Assembly: GCA_019058275.1 (NCBI GenBank)
Contig: JAHLVW010000053.1
Span: forward strand, 1-64,000
Direction of reading: 5' to 3'
Length of the DNA stretch: 64,000 nt
Source: Candidatus Heimdallarchaeota archaeon
GTDB taxonomy: Archaea > Asgardarchaeota > Heimdallarchaeia > JABLTI01
Positions 49,335-59,391 of the stretch are shown piece by piece. Within the stretch, counting starts at the first letter, position 1, and the number at the start of each line of letters is the position of its first letter. The notes beneath the pieces were generated by a model that had not been told where the DNA came from, did not search any database, and saw nothing but the letters and a program-made list of their open reading frames with translations. A program made the translations under genes and the position numbers.

Positions 49335-50403
49335 TTACATTTTTGAAGTGATCTTTAGGGAAATTGGTAGAAATGATTTAATAATACCCAATAAACCAAG
49401 CAAAAAAACAATTCAATTAGGAGCAAGATATTCACCAGAATTTGTTTGTACACCATTTAAAATGACTCTTGGTACTTTTATTGAAAGTTTAAATAGAGGT
49501 GCAACAGAATTAGGAATGGGTGGAGGTAATGGTTATTGTCGTTTTAGGTATTATTGGTTTGTCCAAAAACTAATACTAGAAGACCTTGGTTATGATTGTA
49601 AATTTGTAACTTTTGATTATGAAGATCCTTTACAACTTTTGAGAACTTTCAAGAATGCAGGAAAAGATGTCAATTATTTGCAAACATTTAGAGCATTCAG
49701 ATATGCCTGGGTAAAAAATAGGTTAACAGATAAAGTAGATGAATTGCTTTACAAATATAGAACAATAGAATCTGAAAAAGGAGTATCCGAAAAATTTGCA
49801 GAGAAATTATATCGAGACATAGTCGAAATTAAAGGATTTAGAAATTGTCGAAAATTCCTTAGAAATTTACCTGAAATATTCGAACAAGAGATTGATGTGA
49901 TAAGAGATACTGACCCATTAAAAATAGCAATAAATGGTGAAGTCTATGTTGTTTTAGAACCAGCATTAAATCTGGACATAAACAAGAGGTTGAATGAACT
50001 TGGAGTCATTACTAAAGCAACAGTAACATTAAGAAAATTTCTTGATATTGGACAAAGATTGAATCCATTCTATAAAATGGAACATGAAAAAGCAATAAAA
50101 TATTCACGTAAGTATGTACCATATAACATTGGTGGCGAAACTCGCGAAAACCTTGGAGATGTAATTTTATATAAAAAGAAGGGTTGGGATGGGTTGATTC
50201 ATCTTTACCCATTTACTTGCATGCCTGAAATAATTACTCGCAGCATTTTTCCCCAAGTAAGTAGGGATTATGATATGCCTGTTTTGTCGTTGGTTTTAGA
50301 TGAACACACTGGAGAAGCGGGTTATCAGACAAGACTTGAGGCATTTGTTGATTTGCTAAAACGAAGAAGAGATATTTTGCGAGAGAAGAAAAGATTAACA
50401 TAA
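49300..50403 (+). CDS. 2-hydroxyacyl-CoA dehydratase-like subunit (copy 2)
   Basis: Paralog of 45600; SPEFVCTPFK, PFTCMPE, DEHTGEAGYQTRLEAF; same 35-nt overlap with the upstream gene. Confidence 0.88.
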   Translation: MPFSYPHFGSLNYIFEVIFREIGRNDLIIPNKPSKKTIQLGARYSPEFVCTPFKMTLGTFIESLNRGATELGMGGGNGYCRFRYYWFVQKLILEDLGYDCKFVTFDYEDPLQLLRTFKNAGKDVNYLQTFRAFRYAWVKNRLTDKVDELLYKYRTIESEKGVSEKFAEKLYRDIVEIKGFRNCRKFLRNLPEIFEQEIDVIRDTDPLKIAINGEVYVVLEPALNLDINKRLNELGVITKATVTLRKFLDIGQRLNPFYKMEHEKAIKYSRKYVPYNIGGETRENLGDVILYKKKGWDGLIHLYPFTCMPEIITRSIFPQVSRDYDMPVLSLVLDEHTGEAGYQTRLEAFVDLLKRRRDILREKKRLT

Positions 50404-50527
50404 TTTTTTTAAGAGAAAAAGTAGCAGTTTTTGTCTTTCAGTTTAAGCTTTTATTTTATTTTTTTCTCATATTCTAATACTTAATACTTAATATAAGTAC
50501 TATTAATCATGAATTGGAGATGAAATC

Positions 50528-51961
50528 ATGAAAGAGTATGATATAATAGCTTTTGGAACTGGTTCTGCAATGAATATTGTTTCAGCAGTTTTGGGAGCTA
50601 AACCCGAATTAAAAGTTGCTGTAATTGATAAGGATGAACCTGGGGGTATTTGTTTAACAAAGGGATGTATTCCAACAAAGATTTTACTTTATCCCTCAGA
50701 AATTATTAGAACAATTCAGAGGGCTAGTAATTTTGGTATAGATGTTGATTTAAGGAAAGTTGATTTCAAATTTGTGATGGAAAGAATGCGATCACTTATT
50801 GGACATGATATGAGCAATATCAGTCAGGGATTATCTCAAACAGAGGAATTAGATTATTATAAAGATATGGCAGAATTCATAGGACCTTATACGCTAAAAG
50901 TTGGAGATGAGAAGATAAAAGGGAAAATGATTCTTCTCTGTACGGGTTCTAAACCAAAGATTCCTAAAATTAAGGGATTAGAAGAGATCGATTACCATAC
51001 AAGTGACAGTATACTACAGATTAGTGAATTACCAAAAACAATTGGTATTGTTGGAGGAGGATATATTGCAGCTGAATATGGTCATTTCTTTTCTACAATG
51101 GGATCAAAAGTATCAATCATTGGAAGAAATCCCCAATTTTTACCTCAAGAGGAACCTGAAGTTTCTGCATTAGCCAAAAAAGAACTGAGCAAACACATGG
51201 AGATAAGAACTAATGCTGAAGTTAAAGTAATTGAAAAAACAGCTGATGGGAAAAAGAAAATTATCTCTACAAACCGAGATACTAATGAAACAATCGAATT
51301 AATAGTAGATGAAGTTTTCATAGCAGCTGGAAGAAGTTCAAATTCAGACATTCTTCATCCCGAAAAAAGTGGTATTAAGACTGACAAAGATGGTTGGATT
51401 ATAGTTAATGAATTTCTTGAGACAACAAAACAAAATATCTGGGCTTTTGGTGATGCAAATGGTAAATTCCTATTCAAACATGCTGCAAATTATGAAAGTC
51501 AGATTGTTTATTATAATGCAGTTCAAGAACAAGAAAATAAAGTAAGCTACCACGCCATACCCCATGCAGTTTTCACAGATCCAGAAGTTGCTGGTGTTGG
51601 TCTTAGAGAAGCTGAAGCAATAGAGCAATTCGGTATCAAAGATGTCATTATTGGTTTCCAAAGATACCAAGATACAGCCAAAGGAATGGCTATGGATGTA
51701 GAAGATTTCTTTGTAAAGATAATTGTTCAGCGTGAAACTATGGAAATTTTAGGAGCACACATAATTGGTCCACAAGCATCAGTTTTAATTCAAGAAGTTA
51801 TCAACTTGATGTATACTAATGATAGAAGTGTTTTGCCATTAATGCGAGGAATGCATATTCATCCTGCTTTAAACGAAGTTGTGGAAAGAGCAGCTGGAAA
51901 TCTAATGACTGTCGATCATTATCATCATCTATTAGAGCAAATGGGTTTGAGTGTTGATTAA
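50528..51961 (+). CDS. Dihydrolipoamide dehydrogenase / mycothione-reductase-like disulfide oxidoreductase
   Basis: GGICLTKGCIPTK, GGGYIAAE, GDANG, VFTDPE, HIHPALNE. Confidence 0.92.
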   Translation: MKEYDIIAFGTGSAMNIVSAVLGAKPELKVAVIDKDEPGGICLTKGCIPTKILLYPSEIIRTIQRASNFGIDVDLRKVDFKFVMERMRSLIGHDMSNISQGLSQTEELDYYKDMAEFIGPYTLKVGDEKIKGKMILLCTGSKPKIPKIKGLEEIDYHTSDSILQISELPKTIGIVGGGYIAAEYGHFFSTMGSKVSIIGRNPQFLPQEEPEVSALAKKELSKHMEIRTNAEVKVIEKTADGKKKIISTNRDTNETIELIVDEVFIAAGRSSNSDILHPEKSGIKTDKDGWIIVNEFLETTKQNIWAFGDANGKFLFKHAANYESQIVYYNAVQEQENKVSYHAIPHAVFTDPEVAGVGLREAEAIEQFGIKDVIIGFQRYQDTAKGMAMDVEDFFVKIIVQRETMEILGAHIIGPQASVLIQEVINLMYTNDRSVLPLMRGMHIHPALNEVVERAAGNLMTVDHYHHLLEQMGLSVD

Positions 51962-52045
51962 CCAAAAACTCATCCTACAATTAGCTTATAAGTATTAATG
52001 AAAACATTTTAAGAATGGATAAATCACTACATCGAGAGGATAAAA

Positions 52046-53032
52046 ATGAGCGAAACTACTCCAATAGACACAGAGCTGAAAACAATCTTAACAAAAGAAT
52101 ATCGTTGGTCTACTTATTCATTTCTTGTTAATTTAGCTAGTTTTTCTACCCTAACTGTTTTGATTTGTGTGCTTATGCAAATGCACAAAATAGTACCTGA
52201 TGGACATCCAGAATTAGAAAGTTGGATAATTATTGTCGTTGGAGTATCTTTAGAAGTTTTCTTTGCAGGTTTATCAGCATTAGATGCTTACAGACGAAAT
52301 CCCAGTGATAGGAATATTAATTCACGAATCTTTAATTTACCTGTTTTTTCAATTGCCGCAATTATAATAGCAGTAATCTTTTGGGGACAAGACATACAAC
52401 TAACAATAGTCTATGGAGGAATATGTGGTGGTTTTGCAGGATACCTAGCTGGGGGATTGGCTTATGCTAATTTCTTTATCCATATCAAAGATATTGTTTA
52501 CAGAACAATTTTTGGAGGTTGGGTCGGAACTTTCCTAGGAGCTATTTTTGGAGCACTCATAGCTGGATTAGTGGATCCAGTTTTTGGCGAGGGTTTTGGA
52601 GGGATTTTCATGGGCTTTTGGGGAGGAGCTATTGTATCAGGACCAATTGCCACAGCACTGCTTTATTACCTAAAAGATAAGAAAAAATTCACTGATTTCT
52701 TTTCAAAAGTACAATATGATGGACCAATTAGAGAATTAAGAAAAGATCTTGTTATTTATTTTGAATCAAATTCAAAAATCAAAGAATTACATTTGAAAGA
52801 CACAGTTTTGTATCAAGAGATAGTTGAGAAAGATGTAAAACTAAAAGATGAATCAGATAAGACAAATTGGAATAAACTATTGCGTGGTCTGTTGTTCATT
52901 CTTTTCTTAATTAGTCCATGGTTAATTCGAGACGAAGCTCAGAGAATTATAGATAATAATCTAATAGTCGATTTTGCACTTGAAAATACTATTTTGACTC
53001 GAGAAGAAGATATTGTTAAAAAAGCAGAATGA
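52046..53032 (+). CDS. Hypothetical membrane protein with glycine-zipper helices
   Basis: Multiple TMs with GxxxG arrays (GGICGGFAGYLAGG; GGWVGTFLGAIFGALIAG). Confidence 0.72.
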   Translation: MSETTPIDTELKTILTKEYRWSTYSFLVNLASFSTLTVLICVLMQMHKIVPDGHPELESWIIIVVGVSLEVFFAGLSALDAYRRNPSDRNINSRIFNLPVFSIAAIIIAVIFWGQDIQLTIVYGGICGGFAGYLAGGLAYANFFIHIKDIVYRTIFGGWVGTFLGAIFGALIAGLVDPVFGEGFGGIFMGFWGGAIVSGPIATALLYYLKDKKKFTDFFSKVQYDGPIRELRKDLVIYFESNSKIKELHLKDTVLYQEIVEKDVKLKDESDKTNWNKLLRGLLFILFLISPWLIRDEAQRIIDNNLIVDFALENTILTREEDIVKKAE

Positions 53033-53098
53033 GTTTTCTTATTCATTATCCTTTTTCAAAAAGCTATATTAGTTCAACTCATTTTAGATTAAATTGAG

Positions 53099-54535
53099 TT
53101 GAATACATTGAACTTGGCAATAAAAAATACTAGATTGTTAACTTTTAAGGGAGAAAATCTTGGTATAATTGATGATGGTGCAATTGGCATTGATGGATCT
53201 AAAATCTGCTTTATTGGTGAATCCAAGAATCTAGATCAAAAGAATTATGACAAAGTAATAGATGGGTCGAAGCACGTTATTATGCCTGGTCTAGTTAACG
53301 CTCACATTCATACAGTTTTAACTATTCTGAGAGGAGGAGCTCAAGATTTACCAGAACTGCAATGGATGAATAAAGGGATAGGACCAATTTCAAAACATAT
53401 GAAATCTGAAGATTTCATTGTAGGAGCAAAACTTGGTGTGTTAGAGGGATTAAAATCAGGCACAACAACTTTTGCTGAATATACAAGTAATGTTTCAATT
53501 TTAGTTGAAAAGGTATTCCTTCCATTTAATGCTCGAGTTGTTGCTACTGAAACGATCAATGAAGTAAATAGAAATAGAGCTCATTTAAAACCAACAGATA
53601 TTTATGAATTCGATAAAGAGAAAGGAGAAGCAGCTTTTAAGAGAGCAAATGAATTATTTGCCAAGTATCAAAACTCAGAGCTAGTTAATTGTATGTATGG
53701 ACCTCAAGCAATAGATATGATTTCTTTAGATTTATTGTCTTCAATAAGAGAAGAAGCTATTGCTAGAAAAAGCAAAATATATGTCCATGTTGCTCAAGGT
53801 GGTAGAGAACGACTTCAAATTCAAGGTCGTTTTGGTAAAGATGCTTCTACAGTAAAAGTTCTTGATAAAAATAATTTATTAGATGAAAATTTGCTTGCAG
53901 CACACTGTCATGACACTAGTGAAGATGAAAGAGAGATTATGGTTAAGAAAGGAGTAAAAATGGTAGGATGTCCGAGTTCAATATGCATGATTGATGGAAT
54001 AGTTCCACCGGTAGGTCATTTCAATTCGTTAGGCGGAGATGTTGGTTTAGGTTCAGACCAAGCCCCTGGTCCAGGATTGCACAACATGTTTTGCGAAATG
54101 CGTACAATTAGTGTTCTTACAAAAGCTATGTTAAGAGATCCAACTGCATTGCCTGCATGGGAAGTTCTTAGAATTGCTACAGTTGGTGGAGCAAAAATCC
54201 TTGGTTTAGATAGTAAAATCGGCAGTTTAGAAGTTGGAAAGCAAGCAGATGTAATAATGGTTAACTTGAACAGTTTGAATCTTGCACCTGCAGTTCAAAA
54301 ACCTTTTAGAAATTACATTCCAAACCTTGTTTATTCATCAACTGGTTATGAAGTTGATAATGTAATAATCAATGGAAAGGAAATTATTGTAAACAAAAAT
54401 TTCGTATCAATAAACCAAGAAGAGGTACTAAAAGAAGCTAATTTGAGAGCACAAAGAATTTTTGGAGATGCAACAGAAGATTGGACTAAAGCTGGTTCTC
54501 AATTAGTTAATTATGCAAAAAAGGGATTTCTTTAG
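53099..54535 (+). CDS. Amidohydrolase (MTA/SAH deaminase-, AtzA-like)
   Basis: PGLVNAHIH, SGTTT, HVAQ, AHC, GLGSD, GSLEVGKQAD. Confidence 0.9.
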   Translation: MNTLNLAIKNTRLLTFKGENLGIIDDGAIGIDGSKICFIGESKNLDQKNYDKVIDGSKHVIMPGLVNAHIHTVLTILRGGAQDLPELQWMNKGIGPISKHMKSEDFIVGAKLGVLEGLKSGTTTFAEYTSNVSILVEKVFLPFNARVVATETINEVNRNRAHLKPTDIYEFDKEKGEAAFKRANELFAKYQNSELVNCMYGPQAIDMISLDLLSSIREEAIARKSKIYVHVAQGGRERLQIQGRFGKDASTVKVLDKNNLLDENLLAAHCHDTSEDEREIMVKKGVKMVGCPSSICMIDGIVPPVGHFNSLGGDVGLGSDQAPGPGLHNMFCEMRTISVLTKAMLRDPTALPAWEVLRIATVGGAKILGLDSKIGSLEVGKQADVIMVNLNSLNLAPAVQKPFRNYIPNLVYSSTGYEVDNVIINGKEIIVNKNFVSINQEEVLKEANLRAQRIFGDATEDWTKAGSQLVNYAKKGFL

Positions 54536-54550
54536 AATAACTAATGATTA

Positions 54551-55042
54551 TTATGAAGTTAATTGTTCATTCTCATAATCCATAGTATACATACGACAAG
54601 TTTGTTCTCTTTGCTCTGCACGAATTCTCATTATAAAATCATCTAAATTATCATACCAAGTCTTTGGTGGTTTTCCCTCTAAATCATCTTGATTTCTTCT
54701 TCTGGCTTCAAATCTAGATCTCAAATATTCACCAAAGGTCATTTCATATGGATCTAAATAAAATCGTTTCACAAAATACTGAAATGCGAGAATTTGGAAG
54801 AATGCTATTAAAACACCAAGTAGTATAAAAGGCCATAATTGGAAATACTTGACTAGTGTAAAATAAATTAGTACTGGAATTGATAACAGTGCAAGAACTA
54901 GAACAGGGATAGCTATTATTATGAATCCTATTTCAAAGAAATAGAAATTTTTCTCGTAGAATTTTTCTTGAGCAAAGAGCTTCCGAATATTTGTTTTCTT
55001 TTTCTTATCTTTTCGGAATCTAGCTGCTCGCATAGAATTCAT
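54551..55042 (-). CDS. Hypothetical 2-TM membrane protein
   Basis: Basic N-terminus, two hydrophobic helices. Confidence 0.7.
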   Translation of the reverse strand: MNSMRAARFRKDKKKKTNIRKLFAQEKFYEKNFYFFEIGFIIIAIPVLVLALLSIPVLIYFTLVKYFQLWPFILLGVLIAFFQILAFQYFVKRFYLDPYEMTFGEYLRSRFEARRRNQDDLEGKPPKTWYDNLDDFIMRIRAEQREQTCRMYTMDYENEQLTS

Positions 55043-55223
55043 AACTTTTGCATCCTTCTACTTAAACAATTAATAAAATAGTCAATCATCCTTTTTACTT
55101 TTATGATTTATACTATAAAATTTTATTCAATTCTGAAATAATATTCTAAGAAAGTGTTTTTGAAAGAAAAATATATATCAGTAACAGTTTAAGAAATGGT
55201 AGTTTAATTTAACTGCTTCAGAA

Positions 55224-55847
55224 ATGGAGAAACAAACATTGGACGAAAATAAAGATTCATTACCAATTATTAATTTTAAACTTCATCTTATACTATTCCT
55301 TGTAACTATATCTCGTTGGACACCTTTCTACAACTTGCTATGTTTTTTGGGTTTAAACAAAATCGCTAACAAGTTTGTACCAGAAGGAGTGATTTCACCA
55401 AAGAATTCTGCAATAGGAAACTTCCTAATTGCTGCAACAATAATTGGAGCACCATTTGCTTTTTATCGTCGTTTCCAATTACTCAAAAACTATATTGAAA
55501 CCGTAAATTCTCATTTGGATCCATTACCTAAAATAAAAGATGAGAATGGTAAAGAAGTAGAACAAGAAAGACCAACTTGTTTGGAACCAAAGAAGTTTGT
55601 AGGTTTTGCAATAACAACTTTCTTGCTAATAGGTACACTTATTGCTTCTTTAACAATAGTAATCTATTACTTGGTGCAAAATTCATTACCAGATACTATT
55701 TGGGGAAATGGAGTATACATGATCTTTGTACCAATAGGTATAGCTGCTCTCTTTACAGGATTTGCTTTTAGTGTTAGAATAACAAAAGAAGAACAAAAAT
55801 GGGTTAAAGCATATAATTCATTAGTTTCTGAAATTTCAAAGAATTAA
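55224..55847 (+). CDS. Hypothetical membrane protein
   Basis: 207 aa, about 4 TM segments. Confidence 0.7.
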   Translation: MEKQTLDENKDSLPIINFKLHLILFLVTISRWTPFYNLLCFLGLNKIANKFVPEGVISPKNSAIGNFLIAATIIGAPFAFYRRFQLLKNYIETVNSHLDPLPKIKDENGKEVEQERPTCLEPKKFVGFAITTFLLIGTLIASLTIVIYYLVQNSLPDTIWGNGVYMIFVPIGIAALFTGFAFSVRITKEEQKWVKAYNSLVSEISKN

Positions 55848-55913
55848 TAAAATTACAAATGTCTTTAATTGAAATTCAATTAAAGACCCGATATAATTTT
55901 CTTTTATCTACTA

Positions 55914-57007
55914 TTAATCAAGCTGATTACATTTTAGCATTTGTTTTCCAAATACATCAGGGTGAAAGACACTTTCTACAATCAATACATTCTGATGAGG
56001 ATTGTCCTCGCTTCAACCTATTTGGAAAATCCTGCTCAATTATAAGTGGTTTGCTCATAGAGATGAGATCTGCTAGATTATTCGAAAGAATTGCTTCCAT
56101 TGCAGTTTTATTTCTTATTCCATCAACTAAAGCAAGTGGAACTGATGGAATACCCTTTCTAATCTTCTCAGCATGGCCTGCAAAATTCGCTTCATAGTAA
56201 GGAGAATTCTCATCAGGTTTTGCTCTAACCTTCCGAATAGATCTATCTTGTTTAGGACCACCTCCAGAAATCTCAATTAGATCTATGCCTTTCTCATCCA
56301 ACCAAATAGCGATTTGTACAGATTCACTAATTGTGATCCCTCCATGAGAAGCAAAGTCATCACAATTCATTTTTATAGCTATTATTGGTCCATTCCCAAT
56401 TCGTTTCTTTATTGCTTTAAATACATCAAACAATAACCTTGCTCGATTTTCTATTGTACCACCATAATCATCTGTTCTTTTGTTTACATTATCTGAAAGG
56501 AATTGACTCAATAGATAACCATGAGCACCATGTATTTGCACTCCATCAAAATCCGCTTGTATAGCCAATTCAGCTGCATTTGCAAAACTATCTATAACCA
56601 GTTCAATATCATCAATTGTTGCTTCCCTGGCTTGCAAATTGTCTATTTCATATGTTGATGCAGTCATTCGATTAGCTTTACTATTATAACCTGCATGATT
56701 GATTTGAGCTATGATGGGAACTTCATGAGAATGAACAATTTTTGTTAATTCTTTCATTTTTGGGATGTGGTTTTCATTCGTTAAACCAGATTGACCTGTG
56801 TGCGCTTTACCACTTTCGATAACATAAGAATGCCCCTTTAATAAAACCTAATCCACCTGCTACTAATTTCTCATAATAATCTAGTATAGGTTGTCGTAAA
56901 ACACCAGCCTCATCAGACCAGTAAGAAGTAGTTGCAGATCTGATTAAACGATTTTTTAATTCAAAATTTTTTAAATTAAATGGAGTGAATATTTTTGACA
57001 AAGGCAA
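55914..57007 (-). pseudogene. Old-yellow-enzyme family NADH:flavin oxidoreductase with two frameshifts
   Basis: LKNRLIRSAT; shift near 56833-56840 restores KGHSYV...GQSGL; QINHAG, DGVQIHGAHGYLLSQFLS, NKRTDDYGG..ENR; extra C near 55960 masks the C-terminus PDVFGKQMLKCNQLD*. Confidence 0.85.
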
Positions 57008-57108
57008 ACCTCAAAAGAGCTTCTAAACGCTTAATCTTAAAACCTTCGATTAACAAATAATGTAATAAGAGATAGAATTAGGCGATTTATGAATAAAGTA
57101 AATTCAAT

Positions 57109-57402
57109 TTAAGCACAAATGGGGCAATCTTTGCATTTTTCTTCTCGATTATCCCAGCATTTCTGACAGATTAGCAAGTCACATTGTTCACAACGATGGA
57201 ATTTTCCATCCATGTCTTTTTTTAATTCATCAAAGATTTCATGAAAAGATTTTTCTAATTTAGCTATTTTTTCTTTTAATTTACGAGAGACTTTGACTTC
57301 ATTACCACAACAGTCACAGAAGAAATTTAGTGTCATTTCACCGCTTTTTACTTGGTAGTTAAAACCTGTAGGGAGCTTTAAATCGATTGTTTCTTTGGTC
57401 AT
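57109..57402 (-). CDS. Small Cys-rich zinc-finger protein
   Basis: CDCC, CEQC, CQKC, CKDCPIC. Confidence 0.75.
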   Translation of the reverse strand: MTKETIDLKLPTGFNYQVKSGEMTLNFFCDCCGNEVKVSRKLKEKIAKLEKSFHEIFDELKKDMDGKFHRCEQCDLLICQKCWDNREEKCKDCPICA

Positions 57403-57581
57403 GATTTGTTCAACTTTTTGCTATCATTCATTTTATCTTGTTATTAATTTCAATGTACCATGTAAGTGGTTTTTTTAAAACATAATGCTTTAGTTTCTAA
57501 AATCCTAAGACTAAATACATTATCAAATTTTTATTACTTGATAAACGGAATTGCCAAAAATCTTTTGATTTAGCATTTTAA

Positions 57582-58022
57582 GTGGTAATTGAAATGTCTG
57601 AGAAAATCCTTGATTTAATATGGTCAATGGATATCGAAAAAATGAATGACCACCTTCCTACTGAGAAGAAATCATTGAAATCACTACTTGCAGACGAGAA
57701 GCTTTTGATTAAAACTAAATCGAAAAGATTACACAAAATTAAGAGAAAAGACCTCGAGATAATTAGCAAATTAATTCCTGAAGAAGAATGGGAGAATCTC
57801 AAACTACCAATTATTATTTTGAGAAGAACTAGTTTAGATAAAGGAATTTACTCTATATCAGGTGGTTTAAGAGAATTATATATTGTTCACCGGATAATAG
57901 GTAAAACAAAAGACGAATTTAGTAAATTTATTTTGGAGGAACATAAACCCTATATTTGGAAACCTGAAGCATTTACTGCAGTCCGGAAAATCGGTTCCTG
58001 TGTTATAATAGGATTTACCTAA
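57582..58022 (+). CDS. DUF61 (UPF0216) family protein
   Basis: 'NDHLP..KKSL..LL..E', 'LKLPIII'; true start probably ATG 57594. Confidence 0.75.
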   Translation: MVIEMSEKILDLIWSMDIEKMNDHLPTEKKSLKSLLADEKLLIKTKSKRLHKIKRKDLEIISKLIPEEEWENLKLPIIILRRTSLDKGIYSISGGLRELYIVHRIIGKTKDEFSKFILEEHKPYIWKPEAFTAVRKIGSCVIIGFT

Positions 58023-58052
58023 ATGAATAGAGGAATTTTGGAAGAATAAGAG

Positions 58053-59387
58053 ATGGATGAAACAATCATAAATGAAACAATAACATTACTTCAAGAACTT
58101 ATAAGAAATGAATGTGTTAACCCTCCTGGTAATGAACTTAGAAGTATTAAAACTATAGAGGAATTTCTAAAGAAGAAAGGTGTTAAATGTGAGGTTTATG
58201 AATCAGCACCAAATAGAGGAAATCTAATAGCAAAAATAAAAGGAACAAAGAAAAGTCCTTCCTTAATGTTCGGACCATCTCATGTTGATGTAGTTCCTGT
58301 TGAAAAACCCGATGAATGGATAGTTTCGCCTTTTTCAGGTGAAATAAAGGATGGTTATATATGGGGCAGGGGAGCATTCGATATGCTATTTATTGTAGCA
58401 GCTCAATGTCAAGCATTTGCTATGCTTCATAATGAGAAATTCAAACCAAAAGGAGATCTAGTATTAGCTATTGTTGCTGATGAAGAAGCAGGTGGTAATT
58501 TTGGATGTAAATGGATGATTGATAACCATCCTGAAGAAATGAAAATAGAAAATGCTGTTTCTGAATTTGGTGGATTTGAAATATCTGAAAATAAACTCAT
58601 TTTACCTTATTGAGAAAAAGGAGTTGTTGGAATTCATTTGACTTTCAAAGGTGAAAGTGGTCATGCTTCAATGCCTTTTGGTAAAGATAATTCTATTGAA
58701 AAAATGTCTGAAGCAATAATTCGAATTAACAAATACAAGATGCCATATACTATTAAATTCCTAAAGCACCTAGCTAAAGGTTTAGGAGTTGGCTTCTTTC
58801 AATGAATGTTAATAACAAGGAAAATGTTCTTCCCTCTTGCTTTGAAAATCTTGAGTAAAACTACACCATCAATGGCAACGCCTTTACACAGTATGAGTAG
58901 AACTACATTTGCAACAACTATAGTTAAAGGTGGTCAAAAAATAAATGTTTTACCTTGTTCTAGTAGAGTAGATATTGACTGTAGATTATTACCTGGACAA
59001 GATTTCAATTATGCTGAAAAGCACATAAAAAAAGCACTTGGTAAGAAATTAACCAAAGAAGTTGAAATTACTCTTCTTAAAGATTCATTAGCTAATATTG
59101 GATCCGCAAGTCCATTAAATACAGAGTTTGTCGATGCGATAAAACGTACATTTCAGAAGCTTATACCAAATAGCTCAGTTGTTCCGGTAATAGCTTATGG
59201 TGCAACAGATCTTAGATATATTAGACAAAATGGTGGAAATGGTTATGGTTTCAGTTTAGTTGAACCAAAAACTCCAGCAGTAGAAATTTCTGAAATGGCA
59301 CATAATGTAAATGAAAGAGTAAGAATAAAATCTGTTGAATTAACAATAAAAGCAATGTATGAACTAGCAAAAGAGTATCTTAGTTAA
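58053..59387 (+). pseudogene. M20 peptidase/deacylase with in-frame TGA at 58611-58613 and 58803-58805
   Basis: SHVDVVP, WGRGAFDM, ADEEAGG, PY*EKG, GHASMP, FFQ*ML, DCRLLPG, GATD.R, AHNVNER all in one frame. Confidence 0.9.
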
Positions 59388-59391
59388 GGTT

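Noticed and set aside
6280-58805. Selenocysteine or TGA recoding
   Set aside because: None of the in-frame TGAs sits at a Cys-equivalent position; TGA is a normal stop for the CDF, Sir2 and MTase genes; in-frame TAA stops also occur
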